Positions 17,881-27,394 of a stretch of DNA of 64,000 nt are shown here, one piece after another. Made by a program: the position numbers and the translations under genes. This stretch comes from a virus (taxonomy: Duplodnaviria > Heunggongvirae > Uroviricota > Caudoviricetes). Position 1 is the stretch's first letter. Each line of letters starts with the position of its first letter. The DNA is taken from positions 60,076-124,075 of IMG/VR virus record IMGVR_UViG_3300024259_001450. One strand, 5' to 3'. The notes beneath the pieces were generated by a model. The model had not been told where the DNA came from, searched no databases, and saw only the letters and a list, made by a program, of their open reading frames with translations.

Positions 17881-18570
17881 ATGGTATGCGCGATTTTGGG
17901 CAGAGGTCAAAGTCTAAAAAAATACACTGATTATTGTGACAAAATTGACAAAGTATATATTGTCAATGATTTTAATAATGAGTTAGAAACCATTGGTACA
18001 GAATGTTTTGAAGGTAAGAGATTGAATCATGTTGTTGGGCGCGGACCCAATCAACTAAAAGCTTCATGGTATAAAAAACTAGGTCTGAATAAAGTGATAT
18101 GTAATTCATTTGTAAAATCGGATTTCAAAAACACTTACCCCGTTAAGATTAAATATCTTGATGACGAAATGCTGAACTGTGGTTATCCACCTGTCGGTAT
18201 GGAAAATATACAGAAGTTAATGGAAAAATGCGACTCATATAAAGAGCTTATAGATTTGTTAGACAGAAAAATAAAGAAGGGCAAACTGCAATTGAGGCAT
18301 AAGAAGAGGAGGGCATGGCCCACAACTGCTTTTGTTGCTCTCGATGTGTGTTTGGTGAAAGACAAACCAGAAAAGGTTTATCTTTTTGGAATAGATTTTT
18401 ATAGAAATAACTATATGACTAAAAAAAACCGCACGCATCAAACAAGTGACTGGTATAAATCAAAAGCCATGATGACTCATTTGAACTTCATTGTAAAACT
18501 ATATGATCAAGTTGATTTTTACAGTTCTTACTCCCTCGATTGGGATTTAGATAATTGGTATAATATATAA
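17881..18570 (+). CDS. Maf/DUF115/sialyltransferase-like protein
   Basis: AILGRGQSL...VYIVNDF and WPTTAFVAL...KVYLFGIDFY motifs. Confidence 0.55.
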   Translation: MVCAILGRGQSLKKYTDYCDKIDKVYIVNDFNNELETIGTECFEGKRLNHVVGRGPNQLKASWYKKLGLNKVICNSFVKSDFKNTYPVKIKYLDDEMLNCGYPPVGMENIQKLMEKCDSYKELIDLLDRKIKKGKLQLRHKKRRAWPTTAFVALDVCLVKDKPEKVYLFGIDFYRNNYMTKKNRTHQTSDWYKSKAMMTHLNFIVKLYDQVDFYSSYSLDWDLDNWYNI

Positions 18571-19589
18571 TGAAAAAGAGATTAGTATTTAAAAGATCGA
18601 TGATGCAGAGATATAGGGCAATAGCCAATATCGCTGACGACTTAGTAAACCGTGGATACGAATTGTTTGTAGAAGTGCAATCCAATGAATTCGATTTAAA
18701 TGAGATCAGAAAACACCCTATGGATGCATCGAGGGCGAGTAAAAAATCATTTGTATATTTATTAAACAATTTTGGCATACAGTGTGACAATCTAGATGAT
18801 ATAGTTTTCACTACTGAAAAAAATAAAATAGATGGTCTATTTTTGTTAGTTGATGATAAAACAAACAGTAAAAAGTATATTTCAATTCCTTACAATGGGT
18901 TTTATTGTATGGACGGTAAAGATAAAGTGCTAGTCGGGAACCCGATGTGTGAAATGATTAAAAAAAGTCAGAGTAAAAATAAAGAGCAAAAAAATACTTT
19001 GTTATTGATCCACCCCGGCGGCGGCAGAGGATATATTTCTCCTGTGAGACAACCATTATCGAAAGCAAAAACTATAAAGAATAATATTAGATTTTTAAGA
19101 AAAATACTGAGAAATTTACCAAATACTATTAAAAAAGTTACCATTAAAACTCATCCGGTTCCTTATCTGTGTTGTGATTACAAGGCGATGCAAAAAAAAG
19201 TTATGAACATTTTGCGTGATGAATTTTCTGATATAGAAATCAATTTAGTGTTTGATAATTTTATTTTGCATGTTGCTGAACATGAATACATTCTTAATAT
19301 CGGTAGTACATCTGCGATTTGGCTATTGGGAAGTGATAAAAAATGGATTAATCTTTTTGGTTTGGCGAAATATGACTATAAGAAACATAGAGACATTAGA
19401 CCGCGTGCTGATAAGTGGTTCAAGTGGCCGCAAAACATCAAATTAAAATATTTGCATGATTTTGTATTAGATTATAACAGTCGTATCGAGCTTGATAAAG
19501 AGACATCAGATATAAGGGAAAAAAATAAAGAAATTTATAATATGGATGCTACGCAGAACATAATTGATTTTATTGATCACAGGAGTTAA
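18570..19589 (+). CDS. hypothetical protein, possible GT-B-fold transferase
   Basis: LLIHPGGG, VTIKTHP (HP-type motif), LNIGSTSAIWLL; context inside the glycan locus. Confidence 0.4.
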   Translation: MKKRLVFKRSMMQRYRAIANIADDLVNRGYELFVEVQSNEFDLNEIRKHPMDASRASKKSFVYLLNNFGIQCDNLDDIVFTTEKNKIDGLFLLVDDKTNSKKYISIPYNGFYCMDGKDKVLVGNPMCEMIKKSQSKNKEQKNTLLLIHPGGGRGYISPVRQPLSKAKTIKNNIRFLRKILRNLPNTIKKVTIKTHPVPYLCCDYKAMQKKVMNILRDEFSDIEINLVFDNFILHVAEHEYILNIGSTSAIWLLGSDKKWINLFGLAKYDYKKHRDIRPRADKWFKWPQNIKLKYLHDFVLDYNSRIELDKETSDIREKNKEIYNMDATQNIIDFIDHRS

Positions 19590-19590
19590 T

Positions 19591-20475
19591 ATGGAAAATT
19601 TGATATTGAAAGATTTTGGCGAACATCAGATGTACCTCATCAAGAATGATGACGGCATAAGTAGGACTTTAAACAAGAAACATGGGTATAACAAGAGAGA
19701 GTTGGCGTTTATGACATTGATCAGAGAAAATGTCGAACCAGGTCAAGTATGTTTTGATGTCGGAGCTAACATAGGATTTGTTACATTGATTCTTGCGAAA
19801 CTTGTTGGAAAAGATGGAACTGTATATGCAGTAGAACCAACAAAACAAAACTACAAAGTTCTGAAAAAAAACATACGATTGAATGGCTATGAGAACAATA
19901 TATTTCCCAAAAGATTAGCCGTATCTAATAAGATGGGAAATGCTACTTTGTACTTATCTGGTCAATCAAATTTGAGTTCTCTTTCTAAACACAGCAAAAC
20001 CGATCCTGGAAGAAAAGAACAGGTCAACACGGTAACAATTGACGAATACCTTAAAGACAAAAAGATACCTGATATGTATAAAATGGATATAGAGGGTCAC
20101 GAAGTCAAGGTCTTAAATGGTATGCATGAAACAGCAACAAAATCATTGCCGGGCACAAAGATTTTTATGGAAGTACACCCTAAACTATATGGTAAAAAAC
20201 TAGATATGGAGGATGCTCTAAAAAGGTTTGTTAAGTTGGGATTCAAATTCAAATATGTTGTTTCTGCTGCCGTTGCTCAACCTAAACTGTTTAAGAAAAG
20301 AGGATACGAACCAACGAGGGTGTTCAATGTGAGTGGTTGGCAACGAGGTATATATGAGAATATCTCTACGGAAGACGCAATATATTTTTGTTCATATCCA
20401 CACAAAGAGCATGTGCCAGAGAAGAATAAGACATCACCGAAAATAGTTAGATATATTATTTTGGAGAAAATATAA
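19591..20475 (+). CDS. FkbM family methyltransferase
   Basis: FDVGANIGF, YAVEPT, VTIDEY, KMDIEGHEVKVLNG; AGGAG SD at 19581-19585. Confidence 0.9.
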   Translation: MENLILKDFGEHQMYLIKNDDGISRTLNKKHGYNKRELAFMTLIRENVEPGQVCFDVGANIGFVTLILAKLVGKDGTVYAVEPTKQNYKVLKKNIRLNGYENNIFPKRLAVSNKMGNATLYLSGQSNLSSLSKHSKTDPGRKEQVNTVTIDEYLKDKKIPDMYKMDIEGHEVKVLNGMHETATKSLPGTKIFMEVHPKLYGKKLDMEDALKRFVKLGFKFKYVVSAAVAQPKLFKKRGYEPTRVFNVSGWQRGIYENISTEDAIYFCSYPHKEHVPEKNKTSPKIVRYIILEKI

Positions 20476-21146
20476 TGCCAATTGATCAGGACAAAATAAT
20501 GTCTCAATTAGAAAAATCCATAAGAGATGTTAATAAACCAGTTATTGTAGACATAGGGGCTTACACCGGTCACCTTGCACTAAAGTTATGCAAGAATTTA
20601 AAAGATTACAGGGTTTATTGTATAGAAGCGTGTAAGAAAAATTTTAAGGTTCTTTCTAACGAGACAAAAGATGATGACAGAATTTCGTCTCATCATATAG
20701 CCATCGCATCGTATGATGGGATAGCTAGATTCTATGTGGCAAAAAGTGAAAAAACGAAAAAGGGTTCATCGCAAGCCAATAGCTTATACAAAAAATTCTT
20801 GGAGAGTAAAGATTGGGCGAGAATAAAAGAGAAAGAGATAGAGTGCATGACTCTTGATACTTTTTGTTCGGAAAATGATATAGATAAAATAGATTGTTTG
20901 AAAATTAATTGTGAAGGTTGTGAGTTCGATATATTTGATTCTCCAACTAAAAAATTCTTGGAAATTACCAGTGTTTTGTACGTAGAGATGCATGGTAAGT
21001 GTAATCAATTTAATTCCAATTCATTTTGCAATAAGAAAAAAGAAATCATAAATTGCTTGGGGCAGTACAATTTTGAAATGATTAGTGGGGATAATGATAT
21101 AAATAGTAAAACGCACATACGACAATTATGGGTGAAAAAGATATGA
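20475..21146 (+). CDS. FkbM family methyltransferase
   Basis: IVDIGAYTG, YCIEAC, MTLDTF, LKINCEGCEFDI, YVEMH. Confidence 0.9.
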   Translation: MPIDQDKIMSQLEKSIRDVNKPVIVDIGAYTGHLALKLCKNLKDYRVYCIEACKKNFKVLSNETKDDDRISSHHIAIASYDGIARFYVAKSEKTKKGSSQANSLYKKFLESKDWARIKEKEIECMTLDTFCSENDIDKIDCLKINCEGCEFDIFDSPTKKFLEITSVLYVEMHGKCNQFNSNSFCNKKKEIINCLGQYNFEMISGDNDINSKTHIRQLWVKKI

Positions 21147-21643
21147 GTGAAATTTCATTGATAAAATTAGATAAATTAATGAAAAAACAATTTTTCATGA
21201 GAAAATTTTGGAGATATGACATAATTGTAAAATATATGTTTATGGAAAGGTATTTTAAACAGAATAAACCTGAAAAATTTAAATATAAGTTGTATGATCA
21301 ACTTTATAAGGGCATATCTAAACATAAACGAGTTAAAGATGAAGATTTTATATCGTTGATAGCCTCTTTTGAAGAAAAGGGATATGATAATGAATTTCCT
21401 ATAAGTGTTGGCAAAAAAGAAGGTTATCTTTGTGGAGGAAGTCATAGAATTGCCTGCTGTTTATGGTTTGGTATTGATGAGATTCCCATCGTTGTTCACA
21501 GAAAATGTAAAAGAAAACCAGAAAGATACAGCAGTAATTGGATGAAAAGTCATGGTTTTCAAAATGATATGGCAGAAATAAAAAAAGTAAAAAAAATGGT
21601 ATTTAAAAAAATTGGGATACATAAATGGAAACCAATAGCGTAA
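21143..21643 (+). CDS. ParB/sulfiredoxin-fold protein, family copy 1 of 7
   Basis: RYDIIVKYMF...LIASFEEKGYD..FPI...CGGSHRIACCLWFGI; start refined from 21128. Confidence 0.65.
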   Translation: MSEISLIKLDKLMKKQFFMRKFWRYDIIVKYMFMERYFKQNKPEKFKYKLYDQLYKGISKHKRVKDEDFISLIASFEEKGYDNEFPISVGKKEGYLCGGSHRIACCLWFGIDEIPIVVHRKCKRKPERYSSNWMKSHGFQNDMAEIKKVKKMVFKKIGIHKWKPIA

Positions 21644-22107
21644 TAGAGAAATGTAATACTAAAGAATATATATCTCATCAAACGATAAATGGAAAATTCT
21701 CTAGATATGATTTGATTGTAAAATATATGTTTGTGGAAGAATATTTTAAGCAGGGTAAGCTCGATAACTTTAAATATAAGTTATATTCAAAAATTATAGC
21801 TACCCGTGACAGAGAGGCTCAACCTTGGAAATTTATTAAATTAATTAAATCTTTTGAAAATGTGGGATTCGATGACCAATATCATTTGTATATGACTCGT
21901 GATTACATAACAGGTGGCGGTAAACATCGTATAGCTTTATGTCTATGGTTTAACATACCTGAATTCCCAGTAATTTTTAGAGAACATTATAGAAATAAAA
22001 AGCGTAATTACACCGAAAAGAAGATGATCAAGTATGGATTTAAAAAATACATGCCAGATATAGAAAAAAACAGAAAGAATATATTCAATAAATTAGGGAT
22101 AGAATAA
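21625..22107 (+). CDS. ParB/sulfiredoxin-fold protein, family copy 2 of 7
   Basis: RYDLIVKYMF...LIKSFENVGFD...GGGKHRIALCLWFNI. Confidence 0.65.
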   Translation: METNSVIEKCNTKEYISHQTINGKFSRYDLIVKYMFVEEYFKQGKLDNFKYKLYSKIIATRDREAQPWKFIKLIKSFENVGFDDQYHLYMTRDYITGGGKHRIALCLWFNIPEFPVIFREHYRNKKRNYTEKKMIKYGFKKYMPDIEKNRKNIFNKLGIE

Positions 22108-22571
22108 TGAAATTGGTTGATTTAAGATTTTTATTATCTAAACAATTTGAAAGTGGAAAATTTTGTAAATATGATATTATTATTAGATATATGTTTATAA
22201 AAGCATATTACAAGAATGGAGAACCTGAAAATTTCAAATATAAACCATATTCTAGATTGGCATTATCAAGAGACACCAAAGATAGGAGTAAAAAATTCGT
22301 AAAACTTATTAAATCATTTGAAAAAGATGGGTTTGGAGAAGAATACCCGCCAATAGAATTCAGTCAAAATCATTTTATTTGTGGGGCTACTCATAGAATA
22401 GCATTATGTTTGTATTTTGGTATTAGTAAAATCCCATATAAATATAATGAAAAATGTAAACGAAAAAAGAGAAGATTCAATAAAATATGGTTAAAAGATA
22501 ACGGGTTTTCTCAATATGTGAATAAGATAGAAAAAACCAAGAATGAGATATTTAAAAAGCTAGGAATTTGA
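22107..22571 (+). CDS. ParB/sulfiredoxin-fold protein, family copy 3 of 7
   Basis: KYDIIIRYMF...LIKSFEKDGF...PPI...CGATHRIALCLYFGI. Confidence 0.65.
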   Translation: MKLVDLRFLLSKQFESGKFCKYDIIIRYMFIKAYYKNGEPENFKYKPYSRLALSRDTKDRSKKFVKLIKSFEKDGFGEEYPPIEFSQNHFICGATHRIALCLYFGISKIPYKYNEKCKRKKRRFNKIWLKDNGFSQYVNKIEKTKNEIFKKLGI

Positions 22572-22573
22572 TC

Positions 22574-23071
22574 ATGAAAATGGTATCTGTCAAAAATATA
22601 ATTTTAGGACAATTCAAAAATGATAAATTTTTACGGTATGATTTAGCTATAAAATATTTGTTTATAAAAAAATATTATAAAAAAAATAAACCTGAAAAAT
22701 TTCAATACAAGTTGTATGATTTATTATATTTAACAAAAAAAAGTAAAAAAAGACCTAATGGTGTTTCGGCTGAACACATTAGGAGAGAATATGACAAGTT
22801 TATGCCGTTGATCAATTCATTTGAAGAAAAAGGATATGATTCCAGTTATCCACTTTTTATGAATGATAAATATTTTATGTGCGGTGGAAGTCACAGATTG
22901 ATATTGTCTGTATGGTTTGATATAAAAAAAGTGCCAGTAATTTTTCTGGATCATTGTGAAGGCAAAAAAAGAAGGTATTCAAGACGGTGGATGAAAAGTT
23001 ATGGTTTTAAAAAATATATATCGCTTCTTGATGATACAAGAGATATAATTTTAAAGAAAGTAGGAATATAA
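22574..23071 (+). CDS. ParB/sulfiredoxin-fold protein, family copy 4 of 7
   Basis: RYDLAIKYLF...LINSFEEKGYD..YPL...CGGSHRLILSVWFDI; start refined from 22568. Confidence 0.65.
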   Translation: MKMVSVKNIILGQFKNDKFLRYDLAIKYLFIKKYYKKNKPEKFQYKLYDLLYLTKKSKKRPNGVSAEHIRREYDKFMPLINSFEEKGYDSSYPLFMNDKYFMCGGSHRLILSVWFDIKKVPVIFLDHCEGKKRRYSRRWMKSYGFKKYISLLDDTRDIILKKVGI

Positions 23072-23091
23072 TATATAGAAATTTTAACAAT

Positions 23092-23577
23092 ATGAAAAAG
23101 CAGTATATCCATTTAAAAGATTATCTACCAAAACAGTTCGATGGAAATTCTTTTTTTAGATATGATCTAATGGTTAGATACCTGTTTATTGAAAAATTTT
23201 ATGATTCTGGCGAGACAGCAGAGTTTAGATATAAACTTTATTCTAGATTCTATAAACATAGAAAGATAGAAGAGCGTAGTGAGAAGTTTATAAAAATAAT
23301 CAAATCTTTTGAAAAGAATGGATTTTTAGAAGATCGTGAACCATATATTGTTATGAGTAAAAAGTATAAAATGTGTGGTGGCAATCATAGAACTGCATGT
23401 TGCTTATGGTTCGGAATTCATACAATACCAGTATATATCCCTGATGATTTCTATGATGTTTGCAAACGTAAAAAAAGACGATGGGATAAACAATGGTTGA
23501 TTTCTCATGGTCTTAAAAAATATTTTAATCTTTTGGAAGATACAAGAGAAGTCATTTTTAAAAAAATAGGGATTTAA
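23092..23577 (+). CDS. ParB/sulfiredoxin-fold protein, family copy 5 of 7
   Basis: RYDLMVRYLF...IIKSFEKNGF...CGGNHRTACCLWFGI. Confidence 0.65.
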   Translation: MKKQYIHLKDYLPKQFDGNSFFRYDLMVRYLFIEKFYDSGETAEFRYKLYSRFYKHRKIEERSEKFIKIIKSFEKNGFLEDREPYIVMSKKYKMCGGNHRTACCLWFGIHTIPVYIPDDFYDVCKRKKRRWDKQWLISHGLKKYFNLLEDTREVIFKKIGI

Positions 23578-23578
23578 T

Positions 23579-24265
23579 ATGATAAATTTGAGAAATAAAG
23601 TACAACTTTTTGTGATAACTAATGGTCGTTCTACATACGAATACGTGATAAAAAGCCTAGAAAATCAAAATGTTGCTATTGATATAACTTCTATTAAAGA
23701 TATGAGATGGGTTGATGCTTTAAACAAGATATTTGATTTGTGTACAACTCCTTATTTTATAAGATGTGATGATGACTTTTTTATGCACCCATATTCTGTT
23801 AGTTTTATGTATGATACAATTTGTAAAAAAGAGGATGCTGTAATGGGAGAATTTAAACTGTGGGAAGATTGGTCAAAACGCATTAGTGGAGGAGTTAAAA
23901 TTTATAATACTCAACGAACTATAGAGCTTGGCAAGTTTAAAGAAAATCACAGGGGATCAGTAGACGGTAATTTTAGCCAAGCAATTAAAAACAGTAAATA
24001 CAGTACAACCGGAAGTAAAGGTAGCGTATTGGCAATACACGCAAGAGCTTCTTTGGATGAAATGTTGCAATATGAAAAGATATGGAATGATAATGAAAAT
24101 AAAACATTTATCAAATGGAAACCAGACAAAAAAACCACAAAACAAATGCTAAAATATAAAAAAAGTGTTGAAGATCAATTCAATATGAGAATAAATAAAT
24201 TAAGAAAAATCAACAGAAAAACAGAAAGCGATTTTTACAAAGTTATTAAAAAATATGAAAAATAA
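23579..24265 (+). CDS. putative GT-A (GT2-like) glycosyltransferase
   Basis: LFVITNGR, WVDALN, YFIRCDDDFF (DxD-like). Confidence 0.55.
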   Translation: MINLRNKVQLFVITNGRSTYEYVIKSLENQNVAIDITSIKDMRWVDALNKIFDLCTTPYFIRCDDDFFMHPYSVSFMYDTICKKEDAVMGEFKLWEDWSKRISGGVKIYNTQRTIELGKFKENHRGSVDGNFSQAIKNSKYSTTGSKGSVLAIHARASLDEMLQYEKIWNDNENKTFIKWKPDKKTTKQMLKYKKSVEDQFNMRINKLRKINRKTESDFYKVIKKYEK

Positions 24266-25715
24266 TTCTAAAATAAAAAAGGTTGCTTTAGCTAGGGTTA
24301 ATTATTCACAATTATATGGTGTATATGATGATGGAAAAACATATGAGCATAGAGATATATTGGTCCCGTACCAATTATTAATATTAGCATCTTATATACG
24401 AAGCGATAATTGTGTAGTGAAAATTTTTGATGGAGAAATCGATTTGTGTACAGGTGATGATTTGGCAAAACGTATACTAGATTGGGAACCAGATATAGTC
24501 GGTTTAACGGCTACAACTCCTGATATAGATTTGTGTATAGAAGTTTGTAGAATAATCAAAAAAAATAATGAATCTGTTATCACAATTATAGGTGGCCCAC
24601 ACGCTTCTGCTTTGCCAGATAATGTAGCACAGAATGATTGTGTTAACTATGTTGTTGTCGGCGATGGAGAACAGCCTCTAAGCGATATTATTAACAATGG
24701 TTATAACGTAAAAGATAAAATTATTATTGGGGAAAATCAGGATGTGTCACACGTTTCTATGCCTTCTCATGATTTGTTAGATTATAATTTATATCAATTC
24801 ACTGATCCTAATCGCGGGAGAATGAATACGGCTTCTGTAATGTCTAGTAGGGGGTGTCCTTTTAATTGTAATTTTTGTTTTCATAATAGGAATTTGAGAT
24901 ACAGAAATATTGATTGTTTTATATCAGAAATAGAATATCTGTACAAAGAGAAAGATGTAAAATATTTTTATGTATATGACGATACTTTTTTGGTTAATAA
25001 ACAAAGAATATTGAATATAATTGATAAAATAAAAGATTTAAAGATAAGTGATGCTCATTTTCAGTGTCTTACAAGAGGCAATTTGGTGGATGAAGAATTA
25101 ATAAGCAAATTGCGAGATATAAACTTTGTAAGAATTTCTATGGGCATAGAATCAGGTTCTGATGAAGTTCTTGCTGCTGCCAACAAAGGGGTGAAAACAA
25201 AAGATTATGCCGTAGCATGTAAAACATTGAAAAAATTTGACATAGAAACGCGTGGTAGTTTTATTATAGGACATCCATACGACACAAAAGAAACTGTTAG
25301 AAAAACTATAGATTTTTCTAAAGAACTTGAATTATATCATGCCAATTTCAATATAATGACACCATATCCTGGCACCGAAGTATATCAAATGGCCCTTGAA
25401 GGAAAAGGAATACACTTTGATAAACCAGAATATGCTCATAAATGGGACATTTATCGAAGATGGGGTTCTTCGGTTATCTATACTGATGAGTTGTCATGTG
25501 ACGATTTAGAATTCTATCAAAAAGAATCTCAAATGGAATTTTATACTCAAGAAAAAATATATCGATATTATTATACACTGTTTAAAAATGGAAATAAATC
25601 TAAATACTTTTTTAGACCGTTGAATTTTTCGTGGAATAGAAAATTCGGAAAAGATATAGATTTTTGGGATAACTTAGGTGAAGAAAAAATAATTGAAACT
25701 GGTAGTAAAATATGA
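24255..25715 (+). CDS. cobalamin-dependent (class B) radical SAM enzyme
   Basis: N-terminal B12-binding region (EPDIVGLTATTP, IIGGPHAS, VVGDGE), SSRGCPFNCNFC (CxxxCxxC), YDDTF, GIESGS, TPYPGT. Confidence 0.9.
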   Translation: MKNNSKIKKVALARVNYSQLYGVYDDGKTYEHRDILVPYQLLILASYIRSDNCVVKIFDGEIDLCTGDDLAKRILDWEPDIVGLTATTPDIDLCIEVCRIIKKNNESVITIIGGPHASALPDNVAQNDCVNYVVVGDGEQPLSDIINNGYNVKDKIIIGENQDVSHVSMPSHDLLDYNLYQFTDPNRGRMNTASVMSSRGCPFNCNFCFHNRNLRYRNIDCFISEIEYLYKEKDVKYFYVYDDTFLVNKQRILNIIDKIKDLKISDAHFQCLTRGNLVDEELISKLRDINFVRISMGIESGSDEVLAAANKGVKTKDYAVACKTLKKFDIETRGSFIIGHPYDTKETVRKTIDFSKELELYHANFNIMTPYPGTEVYQMALEGKGIHFDKPEYAHKWDIYRRWGSSVIYTDELSCDDLEFYQKESQMEFYTQEKIYRYYYTLFKNGNKSKYFFRPLNFSWNRKFGKDIDFWDNLGEEKIIETGSKI

Positions 25716-26761
25716 AAATTCTTGATATCACAACTTCTCGTCGAGCCTATATGCTTTATAATAATATAAAGCCTCATGACGATTACAAATTTTTTCTATC
25801 TAACCAGTATGATGAGAATGATCTTAGAACAAATTTTCCCAAATGCCTTGATAATTTGATCGATAAAAACAACTTAGATCAATTTAAAGATTTTGATGCG
25901 TGTATATTTCATACTTGTTCTATTCTGTATCGTAAATATGATAAAAAAATAGAATCATTTGTCAATTCATTTGGTGGAAAAATTTTTGCAGTAGATTATG
26001 CCTGGGAATGTTCTAGACGAAGAAGAAGGCATACTAATAAGAGATTTAAACGTAATATAAGCGGATTAGGCGTAGCAATATCTAAGAATGAAACAAAAGT
26101 TCCATTTTTTCCATATAGCCAACCTGACTTAGATATATTCGCTCAGGTTGAAAAATTTAGAACTCGCAAAGAAATTGCAAAATGTTATAATATACCTGAT
26201 GGATTTAAATATTTATTAATAACAGTTCAAAAGATGTCATTTGTTGATAAAAAGATGAAACTTTTTTGTAAGTTTTTACGAACTCTTGATGATGTATTTT
26301 TGATATGGAAAATAAAAGAAAAACACTCGAAACAAGCAAAAATGTTATCAAAATACATGAAGCAATTTGGACTGAATGAATATATTATAATTATTAGGCA
26401 ACCAAAAGAAATACTAAAAAAAACGTCACAACCAGAGGGGAAAAATTTTAGAAGTTTTATATCTCCTATGTGTGATCTATCTGTGATATCTGATGTCCAT
26501 ATAAATTTGTCTCCACTTAGTTATACACAAGTAGAAACAATAAGAGCAGGTATTCCTACGTATTATTTTACCAAGCGAGGATTTAGTCGAGTAGATGATG
26601 TAGAAGATATAAAAAAGCATATGTGGAAGGAAGAAGCAGTAGAAAAATATTTCAGCTTCCGATTAAATAAAAGAGAATCTAATTTAAAAGTTAAAGACAA
26701 CTTTTGTACAATGCAATTTCTTAAAAATATTGCTAAATCTATAGGAGATACCATACAATGA
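25712..26761 (+). CDS. hypothetical protein, possible GT-B-fold transferase
   Basis: 349 aa; C-terminal ISDVHINLSPLSYTQVETIRAGIPTY resembles the GT-B donor-binding region; locus context. Confidence 0.35.
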   Translation: MKILDITTSRRAYMLYNNIKPHDDYKFFLSNQYDENDLRTNFPKCLDNLIDKNNLDQFKDFDACIFHTCSILYRKYDKKIESFVNSFGGKIFAVDYAWECSRRRRRHTNKRFKRNISGLGVAISKNETKVPFFPYSQPDLDIFAQVEKFRTRKEIAKCYNIPDGFKYLLITVQKMSFVDKKMKLFCKFLRTLDDVFLIWKIKEKHSKQAKMLSKYMKQFGLNEYIIIIRQPKEILKKTSQPEGKNFRSFISPMCDLSVISDVHINLSPLSYTQVETIRAGIPTYYFTKRGFSRVDDVEDIKKHMWKEEAVEKYFSFRLNKRESNLKVKDNFCTMQFLKNIAKSIGDTIQ

Positions 26762-27393
26762 TTGATAAAAATTTGTTGTTGAAGAAAATACCAGAAATAG
26801 AGCCTGTTTGGCAAGAAATGGGTTGTCGGATATATCAAAAGGTGTGGCCCGGTAGCACAAAAAGTGAAAGACTGTGGGGGTCTGTGAATGCCATCAATTC
26901 CGTGTCGAAGATCACGGATTGCAGCAATTATAATATATTAGATATAGGATGTAATTGCGGGACATTATCAGTTGTTGCATCGGAACATTTCAAGAATGCT
27001 TTTGGAACAGACAAGGATGCAAAATCTATAGAAGGAGCTAAGGAAACTGCGAAATTTTTTAACAAAGATAATTGTTTTTTCAGACCTCACAATGTTAAGG
27101 GGTATATCGAGAACGGTTATTTCGAAAAAGATAACATCGAAGCGATCATGGCCTATCAGGTATTGTACTTGTTGTCTGATAAGGAAGTGAAATATTTATT
27201 GGATAGGATGGATAACGTTAAAGTGGTTATTTTTGGAGCCAGACCAAGCAAAAATCGTAGCAAAAATAAATATGGTCTTTGGTCAGTAAAAACAATAGTT
27301 AAGCATTTGGTCAAACCGTTTTTCAGTAAGCACAAAGTTTTATATAAATATAAAAGTAGATGGCCGTTAGTGATTGGTTATAAGGAAAGTTAA
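26758..27393 (+). CDS. class I SAM-dependent methyltransferase (paralog family A)
   Basis: ILDIGCNCGTLS, FGTDKD, YQVLYLL; collinear with 15340-15966. Confidence 0.8.
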   Translation: MIDKNLLLKKIPEIEPVWQEMGCRIYQKVWPGSTKSERLWGSVNAINSVSKITDCSNYNILDIGCNCGTLSVVASEHFKNAFGTDKDAKSIEGAKETAKFFNKDNCFFRPHNVKGYIENGYFEKDNIEAIMAYQVLYLLSDKEVKYLLDRMDNVKVVIFGARPSKNRSKNKYGLWSVKTIVKHLVKPFFSKHKVLYKYKSRWPLVIGYKES

Positions 27394-27394
27394 T

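Noticed and set aside
21143-23577. Chromosome or plasmid partition system (parABS)
   Set aside because: No ParA ATPase, no HTH or dimerisation region in the proteins, no parS-like palindromes noticed, and seven copies among sugar enzymes does not fit partitioning.
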